Part shown: one piece after another, positions 1 to 13,168 of the stretch | Position numbering within the stretch: the stretch's first letter is position 1 | Layout: every line of letters starts with the position of its first letter | Assembly (NCBI GenBank): GCA_013265495.1 | Contig: MU058584.1 | Span: 7,406,407-7,470,406 of the forward strand | Origin: Vicugna vicugna | Taxonomy: Eukaryota | Direction of reading: 5' to 3' | Length of the DNA: 64,000 bases | Position numbers and translations under genes: made by a program | Notes under the pieces: model-generated | Told to the model about the DNA's origin: nothing | The model's input: only the letters and a program-made list of their open reading frames with translations | The model's database searches: none

Positions 1-510
1 CCCTGCATGATCTTGCTCCTTTTCATCTCTAAACTCCTCCCAGTCTCCTTCCCCAGTGTCCATTCCAGCCCCACTGTTTTCCTTACTTCAACAGGTCAAG
101 GAGGCGTGATGGCAGGGCCTTTGCAGTTCCCATTCTCTGTGTTGGAAATGCTCTGCCTCGAGATATCTGCAAGGGTCACATCCTGGCTTCTTTTGGGTCT
201 TTGCTCAAATGCCACATAATCAGAGTCTTCCTCTGACTTTTCTGCCTACAACTGTGCATGTCTCCCTTTGAACACACACACACCTACAGACACCGCTTTC
301 ATCTACTTAATGAAACTTTGTTTTTCTTTGACTTATACTATGCATGTCTTTTGTTTTTGTTGGTGTTGGACATTATAGGGACCTGGTGAATGCAGTCGCC
401 ATGAGATTAGAGACTTGGTTTGTTAAACTTGTCACTCTACTCACAACCTCTATATAGCCAGGTTTTCAATAGTGATTATTGAGTGAATAATTGAAAGAAT
501 ACATGAATCA
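1..510 (+). mobile_element. L2 3' end
   Basis: cagggcctttgca, tgctcaaatgccac, tail ttgagtgaataattgaaagaatacatgaat. Confidence 0.6.
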
Positions 511-794
511 TGTCTCACTGACTTGGCAGGTGGTGATGAGTTTGGCTGAAGTAGCCACTTGAGTACCTTCCACGAATGTTTGTAGCATGAAGGAGACTAG
601 TGGCCAAGCATCATGCTCAAGTAGGACTTTCTTTTAGGTCTGGATGGATCTGCTCTGGTTTTCACTCTGCATGCAAAGACTTGCATTTCATCTCTTCTAA
701 TGGCTGGGTGTCCAGTCAAACCCTCTGTGCTGGGCTTTGTATGTAGTGGAAGCCTCGTGTAATGGGCCATGGTACTCAGTTTCCAATCAGGCCA

Positions 795-930
795 TTATTA
801 TTATTATTTTTTAATTGAAGTATAGTCAGTTTACAATGTTGTGTCAGTTTCTTGTGTACAGCATAGTAGTTCAGTCATACATGTACATACGTATATTCAT
901 TTTCATATTCTTTTTCATTTTAGGTTACTG
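795..930 (-). mobile_element. 5'-truncated L1 3' end (lineage-specific)
   Basis: T-rich tail then gaagtatagtcagtttacaatgttgtgtcagtttc; same family as the copies at 28.4 and 45.1 kb. Confidence 0.8.
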
Positions 931-3900
931 CTAAGACCTTACTTAGATCTTCCTAGACTTCCTGTATGCCACTCCTAAAATACAGAATCGTCAATAAACA
1001 ATTTTCCCATTTACTCTTGTGCAATTTATTTACCTCTTTATACTAGAATTGTTTCTCATCTTTGATCACTTTTGTAAATGTGAATACTTCTGTTTTTCCT
1101 CTTTTTCCGTAACAACTGTGTTCTGTCCAAGTAAGTGTTTCCTCATCTCCTGAATAAATCCAACATTATGCTAAACACAAAAATCACTAGGGATTTTGGG
1201 GGCAGATTTTAATTCCCATAAATGGAATAAAATTATTGTACACTTTTGTAAGCAGTGAAATCATTATTGCTACTCAGTTTGTAGTGAGTAGCCAACATTG
1301 GATGGTTTATAACATTTTGATCAAAACAGAGCCCACCTCTTTAGATCAGCCAAACCAATCAACTCAAGTCATGTGCATAAAAGAAATTTTGTTCTGGTTT
1401 TAGTTTATTTTTTCAGTGATGTTTGATGTGAAACTATGAACAGATGGTTACCTAATAACCTGAGTCTTTGCTGGAGGCTATGAACTAGTTATTCTTGAAG
1501 GTATAGAAAGCTTGTCTGGTCTTGTGCCCGTTCCAAGAGAAACCAAACAGCACGGCTCTCATTATCTGACTAATCAATGGTTAATACATTTTGTAAGAGT
1601 TTAATTTTTGTTTTATTGGATAGAAATGCCTCTCAAGTGATTTTTTTTTCCTCTAGGGAAAAATGTGGTCCAAGCTTAAAATTAAATTTTTATAATGAAG
1701 TCCCATCAAAATAATTCAACACGACCCTAAATAATACTAAAGACATTGGATTTTATTAAAACATGTTTTTGTATTTTAAAAAGTTATGGTGCTACTATCT
1801 CTCAGAACATGTATATTTGAAGTTTTCTCTTAAAATTATATATTTAAAATTTTGACTCCTAAAGTCATATATATTGTATTATTTCTCCATTGACTCTTCT
1901 TTGTTATTTAAGAATATTCAACATAATTACAATGTAAGCTATGTAGAAGTAATTTACCATTTAATAGATGCTCAGCTTTGTCTGGAAGCTTCACTGTCAT
2001 TATTTAGACATCAGATTCTCTGAGGCCTTCTCTGAGCAGATTTAGCCATTTCTTGCTTTTTGTAAAATATTTCTCTCATGTGACAATTTATCTGTAAAGT
2101 CAGTGTGCCACTCAAGACTGTGAGGTTTTTATTCAGTTGCTTTGACATCAACTGAGCGTAGAGCTGGCCTATAGCAGGTGCCCAGTGAATGTTTGTTAAA
2201 TGACTGATGTGAGGTAAATTGAGAAATATAAAATTATATCCAACAGCAAAGCTTTATTCCTTAATCCTGTATAAATCAATTTGCAGATTACATAAATAAT
2301 TAATAGAGGAATACAAATCTAATGATGGTGTTTTCTGGGTCAATATTACTTTGGCATACGTGATTACATTTTTGATGACTTTGGCAAGATAAACACGTTC
2401 TTACAATGGTAGGCTTTTACTTCAATATCCAGAGCAAAAGAAATTGGAAATTACAGTGTCTTATGTGGTTGAAGAAACTGATTGCATCTTAAGAGGGAGA
2501 CATGGAAGAGAGGAGAGGGATTGAAGTGAGCAGTCAGTCAGGTATCTTTAAAGCTAAGTAGAGGGTCCTGCAAACTGAGCAGAGATTCTGCTGAGTGAGC
2601 GAATGAAACGAGTGGCAGAAAGCCTACTCAGAAATCATTTTGAATGTCAGTAGGACTTTTTTTTTTTTTCACTTTCTTCTTATACGTATTAGGAAGAATT
2701 GGGACTGGAGTGTTAGTTACATTTGGAGCCAGCAATTAAAACCAGCGTTTTGCTTTTTACACTCCCACAACTGTTTTTACACTCTTAACAAGCCTTTCAG
2801 CATCAGGATGGTTAGAAGCCATCCTGGATTCATCACTGCCTTCCAGCAATACTGAGGCCTTTGACTGCTTACTGCCTCCTTCAGTGTTTCTCCTCCTTTG
2901 CCTCCATGAGGGCAGTTCTAGTATGTTCTCTCCTTTGCGTTCCACTTGGAGTTTAGGCTCATTTACTTCCAGTTGTCTCAGTTGTAGATAAAAAATATGG
3001 CTCTGGCGGGTTCCTTTCCTGGTGAAATTGAGCCTCTGGGTTGTAAACTTGGAAAGATCAAGAGACACACACGAGAAATTAATCCTCCAGCCAAGGACAG
3101 CAGATTGGAGGATTCTTAGATGTTTCTACTTTATGGGATGCCCTTGTCATTCTGGCCTTTCCTTGACTTAATGGTGGCCGCCTACTAGCCTGGGGTCCTT
3201 CAGCTATCAAGTATTTAGTTCCCGAATAAATATTTATATTGCTGCCCTTTGGTATTTTAGAAGTAATCTGCTGTAATCCATTTTCTAAATGTTGTTAAAG
3301 GCGTTCCCATCCCACTCAGCAGACCACTATTGCTCGTGCAGTCACTTCTCTGTGGCGGGGTGGCTGTCGTCACAAGGATGCACCGACAGCTTGGGGTGCT
3401 CTCACAGTGCAGTGGAGGAACTCTCGCTCCGATGGCCTAGCGCGAGCCAGTGGTTAGTGCCCGATATACACTTAGTCAGGAAGAAGGACAGGTGTTCATC
3501 AGCTATCCCTTGCATGCCTGGAGACTTTTTATAGACCTCATGGAAAATATAGTATTGTCAGAGTATGAAAGGGCTGCTGAGATGATAGGACCTTCCCTGG
3601 AGAATGTTTCCAAAACTCAGAATGGAAGCTCCATTTGTATCTTGAAGTTACTCCTGAGGGAAACCCCCAAATGAGCACACGTCTCAGGATTGAGCTAGGA
3701 GTCCCAGTTACGGGGTGATGGTTTGGTGACCTCATGAAGAGACAACTGGGCTGTGAATTTCGAGGTGACCAAGGCAGCCAGGTTTCTGTGCTCTATATCC
3801 TTATAAGAGCACTGTGTCCATTGTAGACAAACTTGGAAAAAGTAGAGATGTACATACAAAAAAATTAAAATTATGCAGAAGCCCATTATTCAAAGAGATC

Positions 3901-4244
3901 ATTGCTGTTAACATTGTGTAGTATTTATGTAGATCTTCTTTTGTGCACAGACAGTAGGCTTGGAGCATTAGAGGATTTAACATGTGTGATCTGTGATCAT
4001 GATGGTCCCATGATGTAATGCAGTTTGTTGTCTTACTAAGACCCTGATGTGCGTTGTGCGTGCTGTGAAGTCGCTGTGCACAGTGACCCTGTGACCACTG
4101 AGCAGTCACATCTCAGGGAGGCCTAGCTTACAAGTTAGGGGAAATATTATGTGCTACGATATGACTCAAGAGTTCTTGAATTTGTTAAGGTCTTAGGCTG
4201 TATCCTTGAAAGGTATCGAGGGTATATGGTGGCCTGTGACTGTA

Positions 4245-4291
4245 TGTGTGTGTGTGTGTGTGTGTGTATGCGCGCGTGTGTGCTTGTGTGT
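4245..4291. repeat. (TG)n/(CG)n compound microsatellite
   Basis: TG run followed by tatgcgcgcgtgtgtg. Confidence 0.9.
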
Positions 4292-4299
4292 AATCATGT

Positions 4300-4900
4300 T
4301 ATACATTTAGTTGCCTGATTCTCTTCACCTAGTGTAATATTATGAACACTTTACCATGTTATTAGATATTATTTATAAATTATATAGTATTAAAAATTAA
4401 ATATTAGATATTATTTGAAATCACTTATTACATTCTATTAGGGGACCTACCTTAATTCACTTAACTTCATTGGATACTTAGGTGTTTGTAGAATTGTTTG
4501 TCTTGTTGCTATTCCAAGTAATGTTGTGATGAATTTCCTTTATTTTAGTTCAGAATCCTGTGAATTAATTGATGTGTGCGTTTAAGATTTTTTATCCATA
4601 TTCAAACTGCTTAAGAGAAAGATTATTCTCATTGACATCCCTTCAGCAAGTTTAAACTGTGCTAGTCTCAATATACCTTCACCTGCATTGTCTTACAAAA
4701 ATAATGATAGGAATTTATGACGTAATAATTATTATCTTTCTTTGCATTACTTTGCTTTTTTTGTGCAGTTGAGTATTTTTTCTGCCTATTGACCATTACA
4801 TTTCTTTTAAAATTAAATCATGTTCTTTGCCTGTTTTTATATGAGACTTTAGTGTTAACCTTATTAATTTGCAAGTACTTTTTATAATAAATGGTATGAA
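4300..4900 (-). mobile_element. Decayed ancient L1 fragment
   Basis: T-rich with cattggatacttaggtgtt and gttgagtattttttc motifs. Confidence 0.45.
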
Positions 4901-5474
4901 TCTTTTGCTGGTCTTAAGCCATGAATTTGCTTACTTTTCTCCATTTCTCTTGCTGCCGTCCCAGTCCAGGTCCCATTATTTCCCATGTGAATTGCTTCAG
5001 TAGCCAGAATTCCTAACAGGTCTGCAGGGATCTGCCTGAGCCAGCCTCTGTTTGACTTTCCAGCTTTGCCTCAAGACCATCCTCCTCACTCTTTGCTCTG
5101 ACCTTCCTTTACTTCTTTCCCCACTCATTGTCCTTAGTCCCTTCACACACGTGCCTGTACTTGGCAACTCCATCTTCCCCACAGTTGCCCCACACAACTT
5201 TACTGGACTAAGTCCTCTTTCTAGCTTAGGTTTCCTGAAACATCCTTGTAGCATCCTTTTCTTTTTCTTCCTTACATTGAAAACAACTATAGTTAATTCA
5301 TTCACTCGTGCAAACTAAACTTTGGACAACTGCCTTCATAATCTAGGTGTGATAAGTGATTGACACACATTATTTCTACAGATTTTGCCAAAAGTATATA
5401 CACACAAACACATCTGTTAGGGGAGAATTAAAAAAAATTTCTGTGGTTCATGGAATGAATGATCCTCCAAGACT

Positions 5475-5712
5475 AATGACAAGACCATGAACTCTGGAAT
5501 CTGAGGGCTTGGGTTGGAATCTTGGACCCACCGATACTGAGCTGTTTAAGCTTGGACAAGTTACTTAACCTCTCTGTGCTTTGCTTTCCACCTTTATAAA
5601 ATGGGGTTAATAATTGGATGTATCTTTTATGGTTGTTATGAACTTTGAGGTCATTTATGTGGTGCTCAGTACACAACCTGGAACATGGTAAGTGCTCTAT
5701 AAATGTTAGTCA
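5475..5712 (+). mobile_element. MIR SINE
   Basis: Core ttggacaagttacttaacctctctgtgc...taaaatgggg. Confidence 0.8.
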
Positions 5713-6051
5713 TTATCCTCCTTTTCATCCTCATTTCTGTCTTCTTCATCTTTGAACTTTATTAGGTGCTAACTCTGTACAGCATCGTGCTAGTTGGTAT
5801 CTGGGTTTCTGTTTTCTTTGTCAGGACTTTCTCTGCTGGTTTTGAAGTGTTTCCTCTTAGATAGCGAAGTTACTTCTGATGGTGGTTTGTGGAGTCTCTT
5901 CTGTCACCCTGCCTTTCTTCTTTTGGACACTTCACTTCTGCTTCCAGAAGTACATCCCATGTTTTCTGAAATATAACATAACTTATCTCTGCTTGTTTTT
6001 TGATGGTGTAACTATTTGAGTATTAACACTCAGATCTGTTTTTCCTGACAG

Positions 6052-6138
6052 CTGGCCAACTTCCCCAGACTCTGCGAGGAAACGGAAAGGATCGTTGCTA
6101 ACCACATTCGTGAGCGAGAGGGGAAGACAAAGGACCAG
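6052..6138 (+). CDS. DNM3: DNM3 coding exon (~exon 11), 87 nt, [29 protein letters not shown], stalk/middle domain
   Basis: Acceptor ttttcctgacag| and donor CAG|gtgagg, phase 0/0; translation matches the dynamin middle domain. Confidence 0.96.
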
Positions 6139-7859
6139 GTGAGGAGAGGCCTTCCCTTGTGGGCAGGGTCCTTGTGGGGAGTAGAAGTTCTCCCCAAGGT
6201 AGGCTGGTGGTCTCCAGCAGTCTGCGTGTCCCTCAATGGAAACAAAGAGCAGAGAACACCACCACATCTGTTTATTTTTACTTCTTTATGAATTTTATAC
6301 ATGTGTCGCTATACTAACATCTTGTGTATGTTAAACATATCAACACATGTAAAGACTTTAGAAGGATGACATTTAAAAAGCAGTGATAGGAATTCCATTA
6401 TTTTTTCCCTCAACGCCCTGCGGATCAGCGTGGGCACCCCTAGCATGTACACACCCCACTTTGAAAACAAACCGCTGATCCCGAAACATACCACAATCCT
6501 TCTGGAAGACAGAGCTTCTTAACTTTTAATGGGCTCACAGATGGGCACCAGGATTTTCATAAATTCCTAACATGTTTTGCAAAATATTTAGTGTTTTTAT
6601 TATTTTTTTTCTGAGGAGGATGGATAAAGCTATTCGTCAGCTTATCTGTGGAACCTGTGACTAAAAAAGTAACGTTTAGGAACAGCTCTTTCAAACATTA
6701 TTATTTTGTAAATGTATACAATTTCCAAGAAGTGGCCCTAAAATTGTCTTTGAACCCTGGTTAGCTCGGTGAGTTCGAAAGATTTTTTTTTTTCCCAAGT
6801 GGAGATAATTCATTAAAAAAAGTTAAGGACTACATGAAAATGATGAAAGCTTCTTAAATGGAGGTGAGTTTTCCTTAGTTATTTATAAAACATTATAATG
6901 GGAGGTTTTCAGATGCTCCTCAATTCCAGGAGCCAGCTGCGAATGTGACAGCGTGGAGAGGACATTGGACACAGGCCACACGTCGTCCACAAGATAACAA
7001 CGTGTTCTTGAGCAGATCATTTCTCGGGACTGTTGTTTTCTCCTTTATAGCATGGAGATGTTGGTCTATATGATCTGTGGAGTCCTCTATAAGTTAGGCT
7101 GCCAAGACTTTGTGGTTCTCGAATGAGTTAGAAAGGAAAAGAGAAAGAACTGGGCAAAAGGAGGAAGACAAAGTAGAAGAGAGAGAGAAACCACAGGAAG
7201 AGACACATGCGACATACAGGGTAGGGTAGGCCTGGAAGGAGAAATTGAGAGGGCAGAAGGATGGCGGCCCAGCGGGTTGGGACCCCTGTGCGGACTGTGG
7301 TAGCGACCTTCTGCTCTCTGCTTCAGCTGTGGGATTCATTGCTGCTACTTTTTATCATTGTGTTTTGGAAGTTAAGTAACCATTATGCATAGTTTGCACT
7401 TGTTTTCCAACTTTCACACTCTCGGATAGCCAAAATAGCCAAAAGTGGAGAAAATAGGCTTTGTGACTCAGTGGAGATAAACAACTCAATGTTAACTCAC
7501 GAGCCAGTGGAATGAAGCCTGGGTCCAGGTATATAGCCCTGGATGAGGAGATTCCTGCATGTCTAATGTCACAGCTGCTGCTGGACCAAGAAAACTTAAG
7601 TTCTGGTGTCAGCTGTGCTCCTGACCTTAAGTAAATGAGATGACCGTTTTAATGTGTGTCTTTATTCCATAAAATTCAAATCACAATATATCCTCTTGGG
7701 GAATCCTATGTAAAAACAATATTGAGGAAAAAGTAGTACAATTATTAAATCTTAGTTATCTTTGTGTTCCTATCTAAGTCAATTGTTAACTTCCTCATGT
7801 TTCATGTTTCATATTTCAGTTTTTATTTTACTAAAACGACACACTCAGACTTAGCACTG

Positions 7860-8045
7860 TCATTAAGATTGTGGGCTCTGGATTCAGACTGCCTTAGTTC
7901 AAATCCAAGATCTACTGTTTACTTCCTATGTGAATGAACAAGTTATTCAACACCTTTACACTTCAGTTTCCTTGCCTTAAAGTGGAATAATCATGGTAAT
8001 TAACGTATAGGCATTTTGTGAGGGTGAAACAAAGTAATCCAAATA
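7860..8045 (+). mobile_element. MIR SINE
   Basis: gctctggattcagactgcc...ttcagtttcc. Confidence 0.7.
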
Positions 8046-9654
8046 TAGTTCTTCTTTAATTGTAATTGTTTTTGTAATTCCTAAAGAGTTACGACACATA
8101 GCAGACATGAGAGAGAACTGCGTTGTCTGATTTCAAGGGAGATTGTCTTCCATTTGTAATTCTGGTGTAGTGATTAATTCGTGCCCCGGGGGTGGGGGGT
8201 GAAGAATGGAGTGTCTCCCTCCTCAGTGACCCTCGCCGGTGGCGCAGTCTGGCGGTTAATCAACCACCCAAAGAAGCTAATGCTTGCCGCCTCTAACACA
8301 GACCTGTGGGGTGTGGTACATACAAACATGCATGTTACTGGCCATGTGAACATGTCTTATTTCACAGATCTCACGTTTGACTTCTGAACTCCGTGCTGCT
8401 TTAGGCCAGGTCATACTTCCATCGTAGCTGGTCAGAGAGTGACCCATTCATTTCCTTAGGCCTCTGGACCAGGACTGCTTTGAGGTGTTCTTCCAGTTTC
8501 AAAAAATGAAATTATTACCAGCCTCTGCTCTGCAAGCCTTTGGGGGGCGGGGTAAATTCTTCCAAATTAAAAATATGGAACTCCATGAATCGGTCTGTGA
8601 GCTTTTTTTCTAAAACAAAGCTCTTTTGAACATGGATGTGTGCCTGCTGTTTCTCCAGGTGCTTCCATGTGTGTGACTGCCTGTTGAAGTGGGCGACTTT
8701 GTAGGTGATCAGTGCTTCCACGGATAGCTTTACTTTTCTTCAACTAAATATTCAATAACTGTGGATGAGAAAGGCAGTGAGAAACTCTGAGAAAGTGAAA
8801 AAATGAGCAAAAAAATGTACTGTTTTCCTTTTCATCCCCCACATGCGACCTGGCTCTTTTCCTAGGATGAACACAGACTCCCAGTTTCCAGGAATATGAA
8901 TGAGAACAGCCATAGTTTTTATTTTTCTTCCACGTTTTTTCCTATACTGCAGTCCAAGTGAATGTGTGTGAACGTCCAAGATATTCATGACAATCCTTGG
9001 CAGTGTTGAGAATTATGTAGATTGTTCTTTATGGTGGCAACAATGTATTTGTGCTTAAGTATTATGGTTTATTGATATAAACTCCTGGCCAAAGGGATTT
9101 GGGGTCTAACATTTAGTGGAATCTGGCTGTGTTGTAGGGAGAACAGAGACAATGCCACAGATAATCGAATAATAATCACTCCTCCTAACGCTTCTGTTTT
9201 CTTCATTAAGAGAAAAAGCAAGACTGAATTTGATAATATAAAACTTTTTCATACACTTATGATACTGTTGACCCAGGAGTGGCTGTGCCTCTGCTATGTG
9301 TCATAGCTTTTTAGGAATTACAAAAACAATTACAATTAATGAAGAACTAAGAACTATATTTGGATTACTTCGTTTCACCCTCACAAAATGCCTATACGTT
9401 AATTGCCACGGAGATGGGTTCTGTGATCCATTTACTCTTTTTTTGGTGGTTCTCCTTGGAATTTAGAGCAGATTTGGTCAGATGACCAACTGAGATTAGC
9501 CACAAAAGCAAAGTCCAAGTGCCCATAGCATTGGGTAGTGAGTGAGAAACAATAATACTTGGCCATGTACTAATTATATGGGGGTAAATTTCTCCCTTTA
9601 AAGCAAACTATTCTTCAAGGCTGGTAGATGGTTCTAAAATTTACAGCCACAGAT

Positions 9655-9950
9655 GTTTATCAGACACCTGCTGTGTGAATAATGCTAGGTTCTGGGGATA
9701 AACTGGTGAACAAGACAGATAAAATCTCTCTTTCCATGGGGCTTATAGTCTTCCAAGGAAGCAAAACATCAAATAAAATATAAACTGATAATTAATTGCA
9801 TTTGTAGTAAACACCACAAAAAATTAGAGTATAATATGTAAAAAATACAATTATGATATATAGACTATAAAAGTAATCGCATAATCCACACTCGTCTTGG
9901 GTGAGGGTGTGGGGTGAGGATTGGCAGGGTGCTTTCCTGAGGAAGCATCT
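9655..9950 (-). mobile_element. L2 3' end fragment
   Basis: tgctaggttctggggataaactggtgaacaagacaga...catggggcttatagtc. Confidence 0.65.
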
Positions 9951-10341
9951 TTTGGGGAACATTATATAGACAACGCGAATGAACTGTTCCTACCAATGCT
10001 GTGATGCGCTTACATGTCACCTTCAGGGAAGCCTGTTGATCTCCAGGAGGATTTCTACTTCTTTGTATACTGTCTTTTTGAACTGGTTGATGAGATGCTT
10101 CTCCTGCTTGCTTAGAGGGAGCTTAAAGAGATAAAGAGGAGAGGAAATATAAGAGATGATATTGCTATTTTGTGGCTAATAAACAGTGTCTGCGGGAGCA
10201 GGAACCTCTGAGCAGCCCCTGACGGCCTTCCTGCCACCTGTCTTTATACACAGATGTCCTTCTGAATGGTACCCTACATTTTAGAGGACAGAATAATTCT
10301 AGGTTCCATGTTAAGTTGGCAAAGAGTACATGCCTATAAAC

Positions 10342-10363
10342 TATATGTATATATATGTGTGTG

Positions 10364-10395
<32 letters not shown>
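10342..10395. repeat. (TA)n/(TG)n compound microsatellite including (TA)13
   Basis: Direct inspection; ~220 nt upstream of the exon at 10618. Confidence 0.9.
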
Positions 10396-10617
10396 CTCGT
10401 CTTCATGGGGGACTCAGACTTTCAACATAGAGTTTTAGTATCTGAATTTAGAGTAAAAATTACGAGTCTAATGAAAAAAAATTTAATGCAACTTTTCTAA
10501 CTGAAACATTTTTTAGAAAATTAAATAAAGATAAATAATTTGTAGGCAATTACTGGGTTTGGTGATTGAGAATAGTTAAGACGGGCTTTCACGGAAGTGA
10601 TTCTCTTTGACTTTCAG

Positions 10618-10688
10618 GTACTGCTGTTGATTGACATCCAAGTCTCCTACATCAACACCAACCACGAAGATTTCATTGGCTTCGCAAA
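10618..10688 (+). CDS. DNM3: DNM3 coding exon (~exon 12), 71 nt, VLLLIDIQVSYINTNHEDFIGFA(N)
   Basis: Acceptor ctttgactttcag| and donor AA|gtacgt, phase 0/2; contains the dynamin signature YINTNHEDFIG. Confidence 0.97.
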
Positions 10689-12879
10689 GTACGTGAAACC
10701 CTTGGTTGTCACATGCTCTCTTCCTGCTGGTTTGTCTCGAATATACGTTAAGAATTTCTACTACAACCTCACCATCTTTTTTTTTTTCCCCCTTTTTCTC
10801 TTGGAGGGGATGGGGCAACCTCACCATTTTTTAAGAGTGCATTCTGTGTCAGGATTAACTCCATGTCAGAGTACTGAGGTCTGAGTCTCATGGCCATGGG
10901 GCCATGTTCCCTGGATGAAGGAGTTGGCTCCTTTTTTGTGCAGCCTGTGAAATCACATGTAGCTCAGATACTCGCTGTTTTTGGATGATGGTCTACGGTT
11001 TGTACATGAGCTCCCACAGATAAGCAGTAACAGATGCACATTGAAAATATGTTTGGGAACAATTTCTCACATAAGTTTGAACTACTGTGTGCAGTTTACA
11101 GAATACAAACTATTTGGGCATCTCTAAATCAGAATATAGAAGCCTACTTTTTTTAAACTGTCCTTTGTGAGCTTAGATGTAATCTTTTGAATGAACATTC
11201 TCTTTTCTATTAAGTGTATGTACTTTATATAAGCTTGTCTATATATTATTCTATTATACATTATTCTGTTATATTCTAAGATTATATATTCACAGATACT
11301 GTCAGGTAAACATTATGCTTAATTATTCAGAGTTAATTATTTATTGACTGACATCTTCAAGACCCTGAATTTACCATTTTTTCCTGCCCTTTAGTGGGAT
11401 CAGTTTTCTATTTTATTTGATTCTAACTCTAAAATATATTTGTGGCATGTAAGTGATTCCAACTTCGAGTATACAAAATATAGTTTACTTTATATAAAAT
11501 ATATAAACTAGACTGACTTTTAGTTTGACATTTGACTTAGAGGAAATAGGTATTTCAATCATGTGATCTGAACTAGCCAGTGGCCTAAGGAATTTATAGG
11601 CGTGTTTTAGGAAAGAAAGGCCCAATTATCCAACAGAAAATGATCTCATTCTAAACTTGCTTGTGGTTGTGATGGCCTCACCAACAGTGTACCTAAATTT
11701 TGCATCCAGTGGTTGTTACCGTTGCATGGTACGTTAGTTCTTCTCAACTGTTTGCTATCTGGGACTTACATGTAAAGATGTTAGAACATAGTGATGAATA
11801 GGTTTCTTCGGCCAGTTGTCTTTTTAGCCGCATTGCCTACTCCAGCGTCCAGCCAGGTCTTTACTCTACAGGCATTTCACACAGACCTGCTCCCCTCTCT
11901 TCTAGGCCCCAAGGCTCTCAACATCTGCACTGCTCATTTCCTTTTGCAAAATGACCAGTGGGGAGAAACCTAGACTCTGATGTGCCTTCTTGTCCCCCAG
12001 TCTGGAAGAGGGGACCTGAGAATTTCTACCTAGTTTTCAACATAGTCAGTGTACTCCACGTGGCCTTTGCCAAGTTCTACTCTAGTTATGGGGGAAAAAA
12101 TAAGGAAAAAGAAAAAAAAATTTGTCTTTTAGGAGCTTGCCTAATAATGGAAAAGTATAGAGAAACACATGTAAAAATTTAAACTGACACATTCTCCATT
12201 TGCTTCACTTGCTTCTTTGAGGAATTTAAAAGAAAAAAAAAACCCTTGAGTCATTTGAAATAACAGAAATGTTGCCTTTCATGTTAACTTTTATTGGTTA
12301 CAAATGCCAGTTAGATTATTATAAAAATGTAGCAGATGTAGATATAAACTTGACATCATATCTTAAAAGTGAAAAGGATGTTGCAGTGCTGTCCTGTTGT
12401 GGTATCCTGGTCCAAGGAGGAGACGCAGGAAAAAATTAATAATCAGTTTGGAAAGATTCAAGTTTTGAACATGTTTGTAACCAGCAATTTAAATTTCACC
12501 CCAAATTCTCCTTGAAACATTTTCCCCCTAGATTACACTTTTACTTATTTTTTAAAGATAAATGGTCCAGAGTTTATTTTCTGCAGTACATTTTAGTATT
12601 TTCTACCTCAGAAGCTGTTGGACTAAGATATTATGTTGACTAGATTTTCAAAGACACATAATTTTGCAAATGGAAATACTTCAAGCACAGCCTTTTGTTA
12701 CAGTCTCTCTGTAATCCAGGTGACTGCCCCACTTCTTCAGCTGTGAGCTAGATTATGAACTTTTATTATATTGGGGGACTAAAAAGAAGCATTGTTCAGA
12801 CTACTTTAGAAACCCACCAACTTTGCACATTTCTCATCTAATTTAAGTTGCACACCTAAACTTCCTTTTACAAGATTGG

Positions 12880-13090
12880 TCTGGGAGTCAGCAGTCTGAA
12901 TTATTTTACTGGGGGTTTGTCCGGAAACTGATGAGATTTGGGTTTTGGCAAGTCACTTAGCCTCTCTGTATCCTCAGTTTATTGCTCTATCGAATGGAAT
13001 AATAAAAAAAAATCCCTGTCTTGTATACCTTTCAGGATTGTCAGAAGATCAAATTAGTGAAGTTATGTGAAAGTGGTTTTGAAACCTGTG
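12880..13090 (+). mobile_element. MIR SINE
   Basis: ttggcaagtcacttagcctctctgtatcctcagttt. Confidence 0.65.
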
Positions 13091-13117
13091 GTGTAGTCTG
13101 TAAAAGGGAGAGTGCCA

Positions 13118-13168
13118 CCCACACACACTCGCACGCACGCACACACACACACGCATGCACACACACAT
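13118..13168. repeat. Imperfect (CA)n/(CACG)n microsatellite
   Basis: Direct inspection. Confidence 0.85.

Noticed and set aside
10597..10884. 95-aa ORF as a standalone gene
   Set aside because: Only 10618-10688 is coding (DNM3 exon); the rest is intron read-through.
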